In this document: in pieces, positions 1 through 9,303 of the stretch
How positions within the stretch are numbered: position 1 is the stretch's first letter
Layout of the letters: each line of letters begins with the position of its first letter
IMG/VR virus record: IMGVR_UViG_3300023184_004198
Location: 124,001 to 188,000 of that record
DNA: 64,000 bases
Reading direction: 5' to 3' (one strand)
Program-made: the position numbers and the translations under genes
The notes under the pieces: generated by a model
What the model saw: the letters and a program-made list of their open reading frames with translations, nothing else
The model's database searches: none
Told to the model about the DNA's origin: nothing

Positions 1-56
1 CACCTAGAATTGGCTTTTGTTGCAAGTGGCTAAATGATCCCGCCGAATGTGGCGGC

Positions 57-1022
57 ATGAAAGTCAATGCAGTGGACCGTGACTTAAACGGCAGATCAAC
101 TACTATGAGGTGGCTCCGCGAGCATGCGGGCGAAGCCGAACAACGTCAGTGGGACATCATGAACCACAATGCTCGTGCGGCTGTGCTCCTTATTGAGCGT
201 GTGGCCACACTGCCCCCTGAACGCAGAATGGTACGACTGGGCAGTGAAATGCTACAAGGCTACACTGAACCATCGTGGATTGACTGGTGGCAACGCCAGG
301 AGATACAAGACCACTGTGCAAAGATCTTTGCACCCATTGGCGAGACTGCCCGACGTCTTGGTGTACGCATATCGTTCCATCCCGGACAGTTTTGTGTGCT
401 GGCATCAGAGTCAGATGAAATTGTAGAACGCAGTATATTAGAGTTTGAATATCATGCAGACATGGCACGGTGGATGGGCTATGGCACGTCGTGGCATGAT
501 CATGGTTTCAAGATCAATGTGCATTTGTCAGGCAAAGGCGGGCCTGAGAAATTCTTACGCACTCTGGGTAGACTCACACCCGAGGCGAGGAACTTAATCG
601 CTATCGAGAATGATGAGATATCAAATGGCCTGGATACTGTTTTGCTTGTGGCTGAGCATGTTGCTCTTACGTTGGACGTCCATCACCACTGGATCAACTC
701 CGGCGAATACATCACCCCTAGCGACCCTAGGGCACAGCGTGTCGTGGAGTCTTGGCGCGGTGTTCGTCCTGTACTTCACTACAGTGTTAGTCGTGAAGAC
801 GTTTTGGTTGGTCACGATGACAGAACTAGACCCGATTTGGCTGACCTTCTTGCTAGAGGCTTTAAAAAGCAAAAGCTCCGCGCTCACAGCGATTTCATGT
901 GGAACCATGCTGTGAATGACTGGGCATTGACTTTCGCTGACCAGTGGGACATACAAGTAGAGGCCAAAGGAAAAAATCTTGCTTCAGAGCAGTTGTACCA
1001 ACAATGGAGACAAAATGTATAA
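57..1022 (+). CDS. uvsE: UV DNA damage endonuclease (UvsE/UVDE)
   Basis: RISFHPGQF, IENDE, LDVHHHW, HYS and RAHSD motifs of the UVDE TIM barrel. Confidence 0.9.
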   Translation: MKVNAVDRDLNGRSTTMRWLREHAGEAEQRQWDIMNHNARAAVLLIERVATLPPERRMVRLGSEMLQGYTEPSWIDWWQRQEIQDHCAKIFAPIGETARRLGVRISFHPGQFCVLASESDEIVERSILEFEYHADMARWMGYGTSWHDHGFKINVHLSGKGGPEKFLRTLGRLTPEARNLIAIENDEISNGLDTVLLVAEHVALTLDVHHHWINSGEYITPSDPRAQRVVESWRGVRPVLHYSVSREDVLVGHDDRTRPDLADLLARGFKKQKLRAHSDFMWNHAVNDWALTFADQWDIQVEAKGKNLASEQLYQQWRQNV

Positions 1023-2175
1023 CGTATACCAACACTGGGATCCACTCAAAGTTTGTGTAGTAGGAAAATCATATCCGCCTGAGTTTTATTCTTGGATTAC
1101 CAAACCTGCTGTGCGAAGTTTGTTTGAAAAAATAGCCATCGAAACCGAAGAAGATTATCAAGTCATTATTAAAAAATTAAAAAGTTTTGGTGTAGAAGTA
1201 TTGAGACCTAACTTGCCTGCGAATTCATTTGTCAATGGTCAATTTGTAATGCCTCCAATGACTCCACGCGATGATACTGTTATGATTGGTGAAACATTCT
1301 ATTCTAAATTTAACTGGCACGAGGCTTCGTTTGAAGGTTTTTATAACAATGTCAAAGATACAAGCTGGCCAGAATGTGATTCTATTGAAAAGTTTTATCA
1401 TTTACCAAAACACATCCGAGACGAGTGTATTCAAGTACACAACATGCACAAATTTTTAGCTCGACACAAAAATATCAACGGAAATAACAGCAATGTGTAT
1501 CAAGATATTTTTGATCATGTTACATCTATTGGAAATCGTTTTGTAGAAGGTGCAGATTTAATTATCAACGGTGCCATGGTCACACGAATTGGTCGGGATT
1601 TGTATTTTGGAACAAAAAATTATGTAGAAGATCCATTTCGTATTATACAAGCAGTAGAAAAAGAATTTCCAGATAACAGAACTCATGTCGTTAATACTGG
1701 TGGTCATTCTGATGGAACTTATTGTCCTGTGTGCCCGGGTTTGATCATTAGTTTGTATGATGTGCCCACCTATGCTGACACCTTTCCGGACTGGGAAGTT
1801 GTGTATCTACCTGCTCAGGGATTTGATGCATTTGAAGACTTCATGGATCTCAAAGCCAAAAACAAAGGTAAATGGTGGATTCCAGGTTTTGAAAAAAACC
1901 AAGATGTCATTGACACTGTGGAAACTTGGCTAGGACATTGGACCGGCTATGTTGAAGAAACTGTATTTGATGTCAACATGTTGATCATTGATCCAAAAAA
2001 CGTCATGGTGTTTAATTATAATAAACAAGTATTTGACGCACTAGAAAAGTACGGTATTACTCCGCACATTGTACCATTTAGACATAGGTATTTTTGGGAT
2101 GGAGGTATCCACTGTGTCACAACAGATCTGCATAGGGAAGGTGGTATGCAAGATTATTTTCCACAGAGGGGATGA
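1015..2175 (+). CDS. Amidinotransferase (glycine/inosamine-phosphate amidinotransferase family)
   Basis: WDPLKVCVVG N-terminus, PRDD, HSDG, C-terminal GGIHCVT catalytic Cys; start moved to ATG 1015. Confidence 0.85.
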   Translation: MYNVYQHWDPLKVCVVGKSYPPEFYSWITKPAVRSLFEKIAIETEEDYQVIIKKLKSFGVEVLRPNLPANSFVNGQFVMPPMTPRDDTVMIGETFYSKFNWHEASFEGFYNNVKDTSWPECDSIEKFYHLPKHIRDECIQVHNMHKFLARHKNINGNNSNVYQDIFDHVTSIGNRFVEGADLIINGAMVTRIGRDLYFGTKNYVEDPFRIIQAVEKEFPDNRTHVVNTGGHSDGTYCPVCPGLIISLYDVPTYADTFPDWEVVYLPAQGFDAFEDFMDLKAKNKGKWWIPGFEKNQDVIDTVETWLGHWTGYVEETVFDVNMLIIDPKNVMVFNYNKQVFDALEKYGITPHIVPFRHRYFWDGGIHCVTTDLHREGGMQDYFPQRG

Positions 2176-2465
2176 TGCCCGATATTTTAACTGGAATTTT
2201 TGATTGGATAAGAGATGACTATCGAACTAATCGCATTAGGTTTGTTGTTGAGCTCTTGGCTTGGGCTGTTAGTATTGGCTGCTCAATTACCATGGCACTC
2301 ACCGTACCAAATCCACCTCTTCTGTACATGTATCCTGTGTGGATCAGTGGTTGTGCCATGTATGCTTGGGCTGCCTGGACTCGAAAGAGTTTTGGCATGC
2401 TGGCCAACTACATCTTGTTGACCACAATAGATAGTGTTGGCCTAGCCCGGATGCTGTTAAACTGA
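2172..2465 (+). CDS. Small multi-pass membrane protein
   Basis: 97 aa, about 3 hydrophobic segments, ATGA overlap with the upstream gene. Confidence 0.7.
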   Translation: MMPDILTGIFDWIRDDYRTNRIRFVVELLAWAVSIGCSITMALTVPNPPLLYMYPVWISGCAMYAWAAWTRKSFGMLANYILLTTIDSVGLARMLLN

Positions 2466-2786
2466 TTTCTTTTTGGCAGGTGCTTTTTTAGCGGCTGCCG
2501 GCTTTTTAGCAGGTGCTTTTTTGGCAGCAGGCTTTTTGGCAGGTTTGGCAACTGGTACATTGTCTGCAGGGTTGCTGTTGGTCACAACTGGTGCAGGTTC
2601 TTCTACTCGGTCATCTGCTGACTTTCCAGGTGCAACATCAGCAGACTTGACGTGAATCTTGCCTTCAGACAATGTTTCACCAAACGGCCAAAGTTTGTCT
2701 TTTTCGGTGTCTTTCTTCTTTTGGCTCATGTCATACATCCAATATGCTGCCAATCCCAACACCGCCAATATGATAATAATTTCCAT
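2457..2786 (-). CDS. Membrane-anchored protein with Lys/Ala/Pro (AKKPA) tail
   Basis: N-terminal TM segment, repeated KKPAAKK; RBS and late hexamer (TATTTA 2806-2811 on +) upstream. Confidence 0.7.
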   Translation of the reverse strand: MEIIIILAVLGLAAYWMYDMSQKKKDTEKDKLWPFGETLSEGKIHVKSADVAPGKSADDRVEEPAPVVTNSNPADNVPVAKPAKKPAAKKAPAKKPAAAKKAPAKKKSV

Positions 2787-2855
2787 GTGTAAATCTCCTA
2801 TGAAATATTTAGTGACAGAATTAGTGAGTGTACACTAATTTGCCAGAAAACCTAG

Positions 2856-2891
2856 ATTTATGTTGCATTGCAACATAAATAATGCTACAAT
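2856..2891 (+). promoter_or_regulatory. Sigma70 promoter (TTGCAT-17-TACAAT) overlapped by a perfect 25-bp palindrome, candidate PhaR operator
   Basis: ATTTATGTTGCA-T-TGCAACATAAAT at 2856-2880; -35 at 2863-2868, -10 at 2886-2891. Confidence 0.7.
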
Positions 2892-2958
2892 AGAAACACA
2901 AGGCGCTGAATGGTTCGGGTCTTGTGCTCTAGAACTTGCTTAATTTAAGGAGAAAAAC

Positions 2959-3216
2959 ATGTTCAATTCTGTAATCGAAGCTGTACAAACAGCACAAAAA
3001 ACTTTTGTCAACACCGTTGTCACCAACGAAGAAATTGCCAAGCCCATGATCAAAATGATCGACAGCCAGTGCGATGCTGCCAAATTGACTGCCAAGGCTG
3101 TGTTGGATATCACCACTTCGATGGCTGCCGTGACCACTGAGAAAGTGCAGGAAGCAATGAAGTTTGACTGGACCAAATTTGCTGACGCATTTACACCAGC
3201 CACTGCTAAAAAGTAA
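2959..3216 (+). CDS. Phasin-like amphipathic helical protein
   Basis: 85 aa Ala/Thr/Lys-rich helical protein with strong AAGGAG RBS; resembles phage phasin-like proteins. Confidence 0.6.
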   Translation: MFNSVIEAVQTAQKTFVNTVVTNEEIAKPMIKMIDSQCDAAKLTAKAVLDITTSMAAVTTEKVQEAMKFDWTKFADAFTPATAKK

Positions 3217-3237
3217 TACTCAAGTAGTACTTTTAGA

Positions 3238-3262
3238 GACCCTGCCTTGTGCAGGGTTTTTC
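3238..3262 (+). terminator. Intrinsic terminator
   Basis: ACCCTGC-cttgt-GCAGGGT followed by a T tract. Confidence 0.8.
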
Positions 3263-3297
3263 TTGACCAAAATTTCCCAAACTGCTATAATACGAAC

Positions 3298-3405
3298 ATG
3301 AAAACAAAAAAACACAAAAAGAAAACCCTGGGTGAACTGCTTCGCAAGCGGTTAGGAATCAAACCAACTCTGGGCCAACTGCTTCGCAAGCGGTTGTCCA
3401 GTTGA
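3298..3405 (+). CDS. 35-aa basic peptide with internal duplication (not in ORF track)
   Basis: MKTKKHKKKTLGELLRKRLGIKPTLGQLLRKRLSS; TTGACC-17-TATAAT promoter ends 6 nt before the ATG. Confidence 0.55.
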   Translation: MKTKKHKKKTLGELLRKRLGIKPTLGQLLRKRLSS

Positions 3406-3436
3406 CCAATAAAGATCAATCTGCTATAATTACAAC

Positions 3437-3586
3437 ATGAAAACACTCAGCTTCACTATACAACTGCCAAAGCAACGCCGACGTGCGGTGGAGTTGTACA
3501 GTCGCGACACTCCGTTCAAGCCAAAGATTGAACGTGTGAAGACAGTGTACAATCGCAAAGTCAAACATCGGAACCGTGATGAATAA
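3437..3586 (+). CDS. ArfA-like small basic protein (not in ORF track)
   Basis: 49 aa ending LYSRDTPFKPKIERVKTVYNRKVKH; own promoter TTGACC (3402)-17-TATAAT (3425). Confidence 0.6.
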   Translation: MKTLSFTIQLPKQRRRAVELYSRDTPFKPKIERVKTVYNRKVKHRNRDE

Positions 3587-3827
3587 ACTGTTGATCGCAC
3601 TATTGACCGTGACTGTGGTAGGCTGTGCAAGCCAGCCCTATCGTCCGCCCTTGGACGTCAGCACTATTCCCAACGATTGTGCCAATAAAAATTCTCTCAT
3701 AACCTGGCTTGATCGCCAGGCCTCAATCCCCCAGCAAGCATTAGAATCAAAGGAAGACTATGTTAGAAGCCGTGGACAAATTCGCTCGCGTATTTGGAGC
3801 CTGCGTTATTACTGCCAGCCTGTGTAG
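3576..3827 (+). CDS. Lipoprotein
   Basis: Signal peptide with lipobox VVGC. Confidence 0.75.
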   Translation: MMNKLLIALLTVTVVGCASQPYRPPLDVSTIPNDCANKNSLITWLDRQASIPQQALESKEDYVRSRGQIRSRIWSLRYYCQPV

Positions 3828-4062
3828 TGGCTGTGCTACAGGCACACCAACCGCTCAACCTCAAGCACAAGATTTGAACCGCTTTCAACCCGACTGCAGA
3901 ATTGTTGCACAACAACGTGCTATGTTGGAGAGCATGCGTCCCACAGCAGAAGAAATTGCTTGGAACAAATTGAATCCATTTGCTGAAAAATTTGGCGACA
4001 TCAATACACAGATCAATTTCAATCTTCATCAACTGTCATATTGCGACAAACCATACTCATGA
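3769..4062 (+). CDS. Lipoprotein
   Basis: Probable GTG start, lipobox-like CSGC. Confidence 0.6.
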   Translation, partial: AVDKFARVFGACVITASLCSGCATGTPTAQPQAQDLNRFQPDCRIVAQQRAMLESMRPTAEEIAWNKLNPFAEKFGDINTQINFNLHQLSYCDKPYS

Positions 4063-4619
4063 AAAGATTACTTGCTCTTGCCCTAATTCCGGCTACTGTA
4101 CTGGCATCTGAATGTGTGTTACAAGATCGCACTGTAAGCCGTTCGGCTGTGACCATCTCAGAACGTAGTAAAATTACCCCAGAGGTTGTGCCCTCAATCA
4201 ACAACGGCAAGCGGTGCCTGGTCACATTCCGTGTACGCATTGGCACAGACTGGCACAGTGCTCACGGCGAATATGAGTGGGCAGGCGATCGACCCAGGGA
4301 AGAAGCCTGTGCTGTGGCTGTAAGACGTGCCGAAGATGAAGTACGTGAGCGTGTAGGTCGACAACAAACTGTGAGTGAAAAAACAATGATATGTACGGAT
4401 CGTCCAGACTTGGATGCACTACGTAGCACCAATCCAGGGACCATCGCAGAACTGCATCAGTTCAGACCGCATCCGGATTTTCCCCGAGAATTTTGGCATA
4501 ATGGCGCACCTTGCAGATACTTTTTGGACAGTGCATACGTCCAATCGGATGTGCGCACCTTTCAAGGAGTGATCTGCAAAATCCATGACTCAAAATGGGT
4601 AGTGGTGGATAAATGGTAG
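4059..4619 (+). CDS. Secreted Cys-containing protein
   Basis: MKRLLALALIPATVLA signal peptide, six Cys. Confidence 0.7.
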   Translation: MKRLLALALIPATVLASECVLQDRTVSRSAVTISERSKITPEVVPSINNGKRCLVTFRVRIGTDWHSAHGEYEWAGDRPREEACAVAVRRAEDEVRERVGRQQTVSEKTMICTDRPDLDALRSTNPGTIAELHQFRPHPDFPREFWHNGAPCRYFLDSAYVQSDVRTFQGVICKIHDSKWVVVDKW

Positions 4620-4679
4620 TTGACCAATTATTCACATTGTGTTAAACTTGTGTTATTGTAAACTGTTCAAAGGAACATC

Positions 4680-5276
4680 ATGAAGAAAGTATTAGCAATT
4701 GTGCCCTTGGTAGCCCTTGTGGCCTGTAGTTCAACCAAGACTGCAAACACAGGTCCTGTATTACCCACAGAGACCTACGACAATCGTGCGGCTGTAAGCC
4801 AGATTGATCGAGAAGCCCAGGTCAACAAGTCTATTGCCCAGGCTCCTGACTGGATGACCAAGGTGCCTTCTAGCAACAATGCAGTCTACGCCAATGGCTC
4901 AGCAGTGAGCACAGACATGAGCATGGCTGACTACAAGGCCAAACTGTTTGCATACGGCAAGATCTGTATGGCAGCTGGTGGTCGGGTCAATCAACAAGCC
5001 AAGGTGTTCATGCAAGACACTGCTGTGGCCAGTACTGAAATTTCAGAACTTGCCATCAAGTCAATGTGTCCTGGGGTAGACATCACCGGCACTGAGATCA
5101 AAGAAGTCAAACGCATCTCTGAAGGTGGACGTTTTCGCACTTATGTGCTGTTGGCCCTGCCCACAGGTGATGCCAATGCACTGCAAAAACGCAAAGACCA
5201 GTTGAAACTCAATGAACGTGCGGAACAACGCAGTAAAGAAGCGTTTCAAGAACTAGATTCTGGCGACAAACTGTAA
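4680..5276 (+). CDS. Lipoprotein (LPP20-like)
   Basis: Lipobox LVAC, APDW motif; promoter TTGACC 4620 and RBS. Confidence 0.7.
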   Translation: MKKVLAIVPLVALVACSSTKTANTGPVLPTETYDNRAAVSQIDREAQVNKSIAQAPDWMTKVPSSNNAVYANGSAVSTDMSMADYKAKLFAYGKICMAAGGRVNQQAKVFMQDTAVASTEISELAIKSMCPGVDITGTEIKEVKRISEGGRFRTYVLLALPTGDANALQKRKDQLKLNERAEQRSKEAFQELDSGDKL

Positions 5277-5294
5277 AAACGGCGTATAAATAAC

Positions 5295-5320
5295 AGCGAC
5301 CTTCGGGTCGCTTTCTTCAT
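5295..5320 (+). terminator. cUUCGg hairpin, probable terminator
   Basis: AGCGACC-ttcg-GGTCGCT then a T-rich run; TATAAATA just upstream at 5285-5292. Confidence 0.65.
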
Positions 5321-5322
5321 TT

Positions 5323-5895
5323 ATGAAAATGCCCACAGAAAACGAAACCATTGATTATGGCCAACAACTACATGAAAACGGCATGTATGTTTTCATGGGC
5401 GAGGTCAATGATGAAAACATCTTGCCAGTCATCGAGTGGATACTGCATGAAAACTATGTCAGCAAAAAGAAACGCAAAGAACTGTTGTTGATGATTTGCT
5501 CAGAAGGTGGTGACATGGGTGCCGCCTTTGCACTAATAGATGTCATGCAAAGCAGTACCATCCCAATCAAAACAGTGGGCCTGGGCATGATCGCCAGTGC
5601 TGGATTGTTGATTTTTATCTCAGGCAGCGCGGGTCGTAGAATACTCACTCCCAACACGTCTATATTGAGTCATCAGTTTTCCTGGATGAACGAAGGCAAA
5701 GCACACGAACTGTTTGCCACCATGCGAGAATTTGAACTCACACAACAACGCATGTTAAATCACTATAGATTGTGTACCGGACTCAGTGACGAAGAAATAA
5801 GACAACACCTGTTGCCACCCAATGATGTTTGGTTGAGTGCTACCGAAGCCATGAGCCTCAATGTGTGTGATCACATTTCGGCACTGTCACGCTGA
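5323..5895 (+). CDS. Divergent ClpP-like protease
   Basis: ICSEGG, GMIASAG (Ser) and ILSHQFS (His) motifs. Confidence 0.85.
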   Translation: MKMPTENETIDYGQQLHENGMYVFMGEVNDENILPVIEWILHENYVSKKKRKELLLMICSEGGDMGAAFALIDVMQSSTIPIKTVGLGMIASAGLLIFISGSAGRRILTPNTSILSHQFSWMNEGKAHELFATMREFELTQQRMLNHYRLCTGLSDEEIRQHLLPPNDVWLSATEAMSLNVCDHISALSR

Positions 5896-5897
5896 CA

Positions 5898-7007
5898 TTA
5901 TTTGCCGGTAAATTTCTTGATGTAGTTTTGTGTTTCCGCTGGCAATAAGTCTTTCCAGTGTCGTCCAGTTTCTTTTGCTTTCTGCAAAATCTTGTCAATA
6001 CGTCCAGGGCCGGCATTGTAAGCAGCCGCGGCCAATTCTGAATTTCCATACTTGTTTTTCATTGCCGCAAAATAATCTTTACCCACGCGATTAGATTCTT
6101 CAGCACCAGTGTTGGCAGCAGGCTTGACTCCGTAACCAGGATTGGTGTTTGTGGCCGGCATGACCTGTGCTGCAAATTTTGCACCCTTGGGCGACGTAAT
6201 GGGCCTACCATAATCATCATAATCTCTGTTGCCGCTTTCGATGCCACGTATGGTATCAAACTCACTGCTGGAGGTTTTTGTACCTGCTGGAAGTTTTGGT
6301 GCTTTGTTTGGTCTTGAACGCTCTGGTGATTTTTGTAATCGTTTTTGTCTTTCACGATCCTGCTTTTCCAGTTTGTCCAACAGTTCTTGGTCTTTGGCAA
6401 ATTTTTTGGGATCCATTTTGTAACCAGGAATAGGTTGATCTGCACCAATGCGTTTTTTAATATCAGCGTCATCAACTGGTGTGTCAGGTGGTGCATCATA
6501 CACAGGATCATGATAGTCGGGCTTTGTGGGTTTTGTTGCAGCCTTGGGTGCATCAGGCGGCGGAGTTGCGGATTTTAATCTAGGATCATCTTTCATTGTG
6601 GGATGACCACGTTTGACTTCTGGTGGACCAACTCTAGGAAGGTTTATCTCCGGTGGCTTGGTCACCGGAGATGTTACCACTGAAGTACTTCTTTTAGCAA
6701 TGCCACCTGGATCTTTGCTGGGACTAGGTGTTGGGGGTTTTACCTGAGGAGATGGAATAGGCGCAGGTGGTTCCGCTGTGGTAGATGAACCAGAATTTGG
6801 GATTTGCCCCTTTCTGATGTTTTGCGCAATACCACTCAATGTGTCGCCAGGCTTTACTGTATAAGTCGTGCCTTTGGGCAATACTATGCCATCACCTATG
6901 TCGAGCACCTGGCCGGGAAGTATCAAATCAGGATTTGCTAGGTTATTGCGAGCCGCAATGGTCCGCCAGTTGGCCACTGTGTCGTTGGTGAATTCTTTCA
7001 ATCTCAT
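5898..7007 (-). CDS. LysM + Pro-rich linker + soluble lytic transglycosylase
   Basis: YTVKPGDTLSGIA (LysM); IESG, AQVMPAT, AYNAGPG, ETQNY (SLT). Confidence 0.85.
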   Translation of the reverse strand: MRLKEFTNDTVANWRTIAARNNLANPDLILPGQVLDIGDGIVLPKGTTYTVKPGDTLSGIAQNIRKGQIPNSGSSTTAEPPAPIPSPQVKPPTPSPSKDPGGIAKRSTSVVTSPVTKPPEINLPRVGPPEVKRGHPTMKDDPRLKSATPPPDAPKAATKPTKPDYHDPVYDAPPDTPVDDADIKKRIGADQPIPGYKMDPKKFAKDQELLDKLEKQDRERQKRLQKSPERSRPNKAPKLPAGTKTSSSEFDTIRGIESGNRDYDDYGRPITSPKGAKFAAQVMPATNTNPGYGVKPAANTGAEESNRVGKDYFAAMKNKYGNSELAAAAYNAGPGRIDKILQKAKETGRHWKDLLPAETQNYIKKFTGK

Positions 7008-8194
7008 TATCGTTTCCTTTTTTCTCTACCTAATGTGCCCACATCAGTTTTAGGTTCATTTTTCTTTCTGGCGGCCTTGGCTCCAGGACCTGTGAGCCGC
7101 TTATCTGCTACTGCATCCAGATCATCTGTGTCTAGTTCGGCATCAGGTTCAATCTCATCGGCTTTTTTACGTTCCACAACATTGCCATCTTTGTCCACCA
7201 GGATAACATCTTTGGTGCCTTTTTTGCCAATGCCACGTGTGAGTGTAACACCCATGATTCTAATGCCAGGTAGGCCCAAGGCTGTGCTGTTGCGATTGCT
7301 GTCGTTGCGCAACAACCAAACCATGAGATGACTTTCAGGAATGTCTGCCTTGTTGGTAATCACAGCGTGTGCTTCGATAGTAACATCCTGACCAGTTTGT
7401 ACAAAATGCTCAGGCTTGAATGTTTGAATCACAATACCGCCCTTGGGGTTTAAATCACTGCCAAATATGGCATTCATGGCTTCTTCCTCAGTGGGCTCTA
7501 CCACAATTTCTTTGCTGAGCGCATACACTGGCTGGCCATTGCGTGTTTTTTCTAATTTTTGTAATCGAACTTGCTTGTCCTTGACCAGGTCGTCAATGAT
7601 GCCGCGAGCCTTTTTACCAAACAAGTTGTCGGCGCTTTCCCATGCTTCGGCATTGAGTTTCTTGATGCTTATGGGCAAACTGCGTTCAGGACTCTGCAAC
7701 ACTACATCAGCTTTTTTGCGCCCACCAGTATCACGTCCTGCTACATCCACTGAATTGCAATCGTTGATTGTGAGTGTTTTGCCACGTGGATCCACAAATG
7801 TCACATTCACACTGCCATAGCGATCAATCACACTCTGTAATAAACTGGCCATTTCGATTTCGTTGGCCACCCCTGCACTTTGATCGCCTTGAATACCAGA
7901 ATCTTTGACTAAAATTTTAACCGGGGTATCAGCAAATTCAATGCCACCGATACTGCTGAGTCTGGGATCCATGCTCAATGTGGGACGACTCCGGGGAAAA
8001 TTCTGTTTCATTAGCCCTAGAATTTCCCTTAAAATTGCTGATCTAAATTGATCTTTTTTCTCACCGTCGGGAATCTGTACCAACACACCAATTTTGTTGC
8101 CAGACACTTTGAGATCTGAATACCCAGATTTTTTTAGCACTGATTCGATGTCAGGTTTGCTCAAGTTTTCGATTAAATTGATCAAGTCGCGCAT
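7007..8194 (-). CDS. Putative PD-(D/E)XK nuclease-fold protein
   Basis: ANE...KKADVVL...ISIKK arrangement; late hexamer variant TAAGTA upstream. Confidence 0.5.
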   Translation of the reverse strand: MRDLINLIENLSKPDIESVLKKSGYSDLKVSGNKIGVLVQIPDGEKKDQFRSAILREILGLMKQNFPRSRPTLSMDPRLSSIGGIEFADTPVKILVKDSGIQGDQSAGVANEIEMASLLQSVIDRYGSVNVTFVDPRGKTLTINDCNSVDVAGRDTGGRKKADVVLQSPERSLPISIKKLNAEAWESADNLFGKKARGIIDDLVKDKQVRLQKLEKTRNGQPVYALSKEIVVEPTEEEAMNAIFGSDLNPKGGIVIQTFKPEHFVQTGQDVTIEAHAVITNKADIPESHLMVWLLRNDSNRNSTALGLPGIRIMGVTLTRGIGKKGTKDVILVDKDGNVVERKKADEIEPDAELDTDDLDAVADKRLTGPGAKAARKKNEPKTDVGTLGREKRKR

Positions 8195-8245
8195 TGGTTT
8201 TCCGTGAGAAGTATGTTATACTTATGCAACCAACAAGGAGACCGT

Positions 8246-8836
8246 GTGCCAAATTTAGTACCCATAGTTTTAGAAAACACCGCCAAGGGCGAACGCAGTT
8301 ATGACATTTACAGCCGCTTGCTCAAAGATCGTGTGATCATGCTGGACACAGAAGTTACAGAACATTCAGCCAGTTTAATCGTGGCGCAGTTGTTGTTTCT
8401 AGAAGCAGACAATCCTGACAAAGACATCAGTCTATATATTAACAGCCCTGGTGGCGTGGTCACAGCAGGCATGGCCATTTATGATACCATGCAGTTTATC
8501 AAACCCGACGTGCATACCATTGTGATGGGACAAGCCTGTAGTATGGGTTCATTGCTGGCACAAGCAGGTGCGCCGGGCAAGCGTTTTATGTTGCCCAATG
8601 CCAGACACATGATTCATCAACCGTCAGGTGGCGCACGTGGACAAGCCACAGACATGCTGATTCAAGTGGAAGAAATTCTTGCTATGAAACGGAACTTGAC
8701 CGGCATCTATGTCAAGCACAACTCAGCAGATCGAACCTTTGAAGAACTCACAGCCGACATGGAACGTGACAACTTTATGTCAGCACAACAAGCAGTTGAC
8801 TACGGCCTGGCTGACAAGATTGTGCAGAACCGTTAA
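8246..8836 (+). CDS. clpP: ATP-dependent Clp protease proteolytic subunit
   Basis: [31 protein letters not shown]; GTG start after AAGGAG. Confidence 0.95.
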   Translation: MPNLVPIVLENTAKGERSYDIYSRLLKDRVIMLDTEVTEHSASLIVAQLLFLEADNPDKDISLYINSPGGVVTAGMAIYDTMQFIKPDVHTIVMGQACSMGSLLAQAGAPGKRFMLPNARHMIHQPSGGARGQATDMLIQVEEILAMKRNLTGIYVKHNSADRTFEELTADMERDNFMSAQQAVDYGLADKIVQNR

Positions 8837-9303
8837 GTGGGCCAGACCCAGCCCATGTTTTCAAGTTGATGTATCCATGAAAACACAGGTGCGTTGAACT
8901 GCAACTGCCATCGACCATTCCACCCCAGGTGTGTTTCCCCGGCTTGAACAGGATTCGGCTGGGGATTTTGCTGACTGTACCAGGGTTCAGGAAACACTGG
9001 CTCATAAGTGGCCAGCCAGTTGAAACGTGGCACATGTATGCTGTTGATTCTAATGGCACCAATGGTGATGTACTTGTCTAGCCCAAGGTGTGGTATGCAG
9101 TCTGAATCTTGTTTGTTCACAAAATCAACGATCACACTGTGTGGACCAGCAGTCAACAGTTGATCAAATCTCAAAGTAGTTGGCCGGCTTAGTTGCATGC
9201 GATCAACTGCATGATCAACGCCGTACATGATTTCAGGCACACTGCTGTGATATGTGGGCATGACATCTATTTCAATTTCAGTTTGATATTTTTTTGTATC
9301 CAT
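8833..9303 (-). CDS. Hypothetical protein coupled to the radical SAM gene
   Basis: Overlaps the 3' end of the radical SAM ORF; start at MDTKK. Confidence 0.65.
   Translation of the reverse strand: MDTKKYQTEIEIDVMPTYHSSVPEIMYGVDHAVDRMQLSRPTTLRFDQLLTAGPHSVIVDFVNKQDSDCIPHLGLDKYITIGAIRINSIHVPRFNWLATYEPVFPEPWYSQQNPQPNPVQAGETHLGWNGRWQLQFNAPVFSWIHQLENMGWVWPT

Noticed and set aside
57-1022. UvsE, PhoH, SOD and GroES as novel in themselves
   Set aside because: These are common auxiliary genes in large aquatic phages; only the SOD N-terminal extension was kept as a finding
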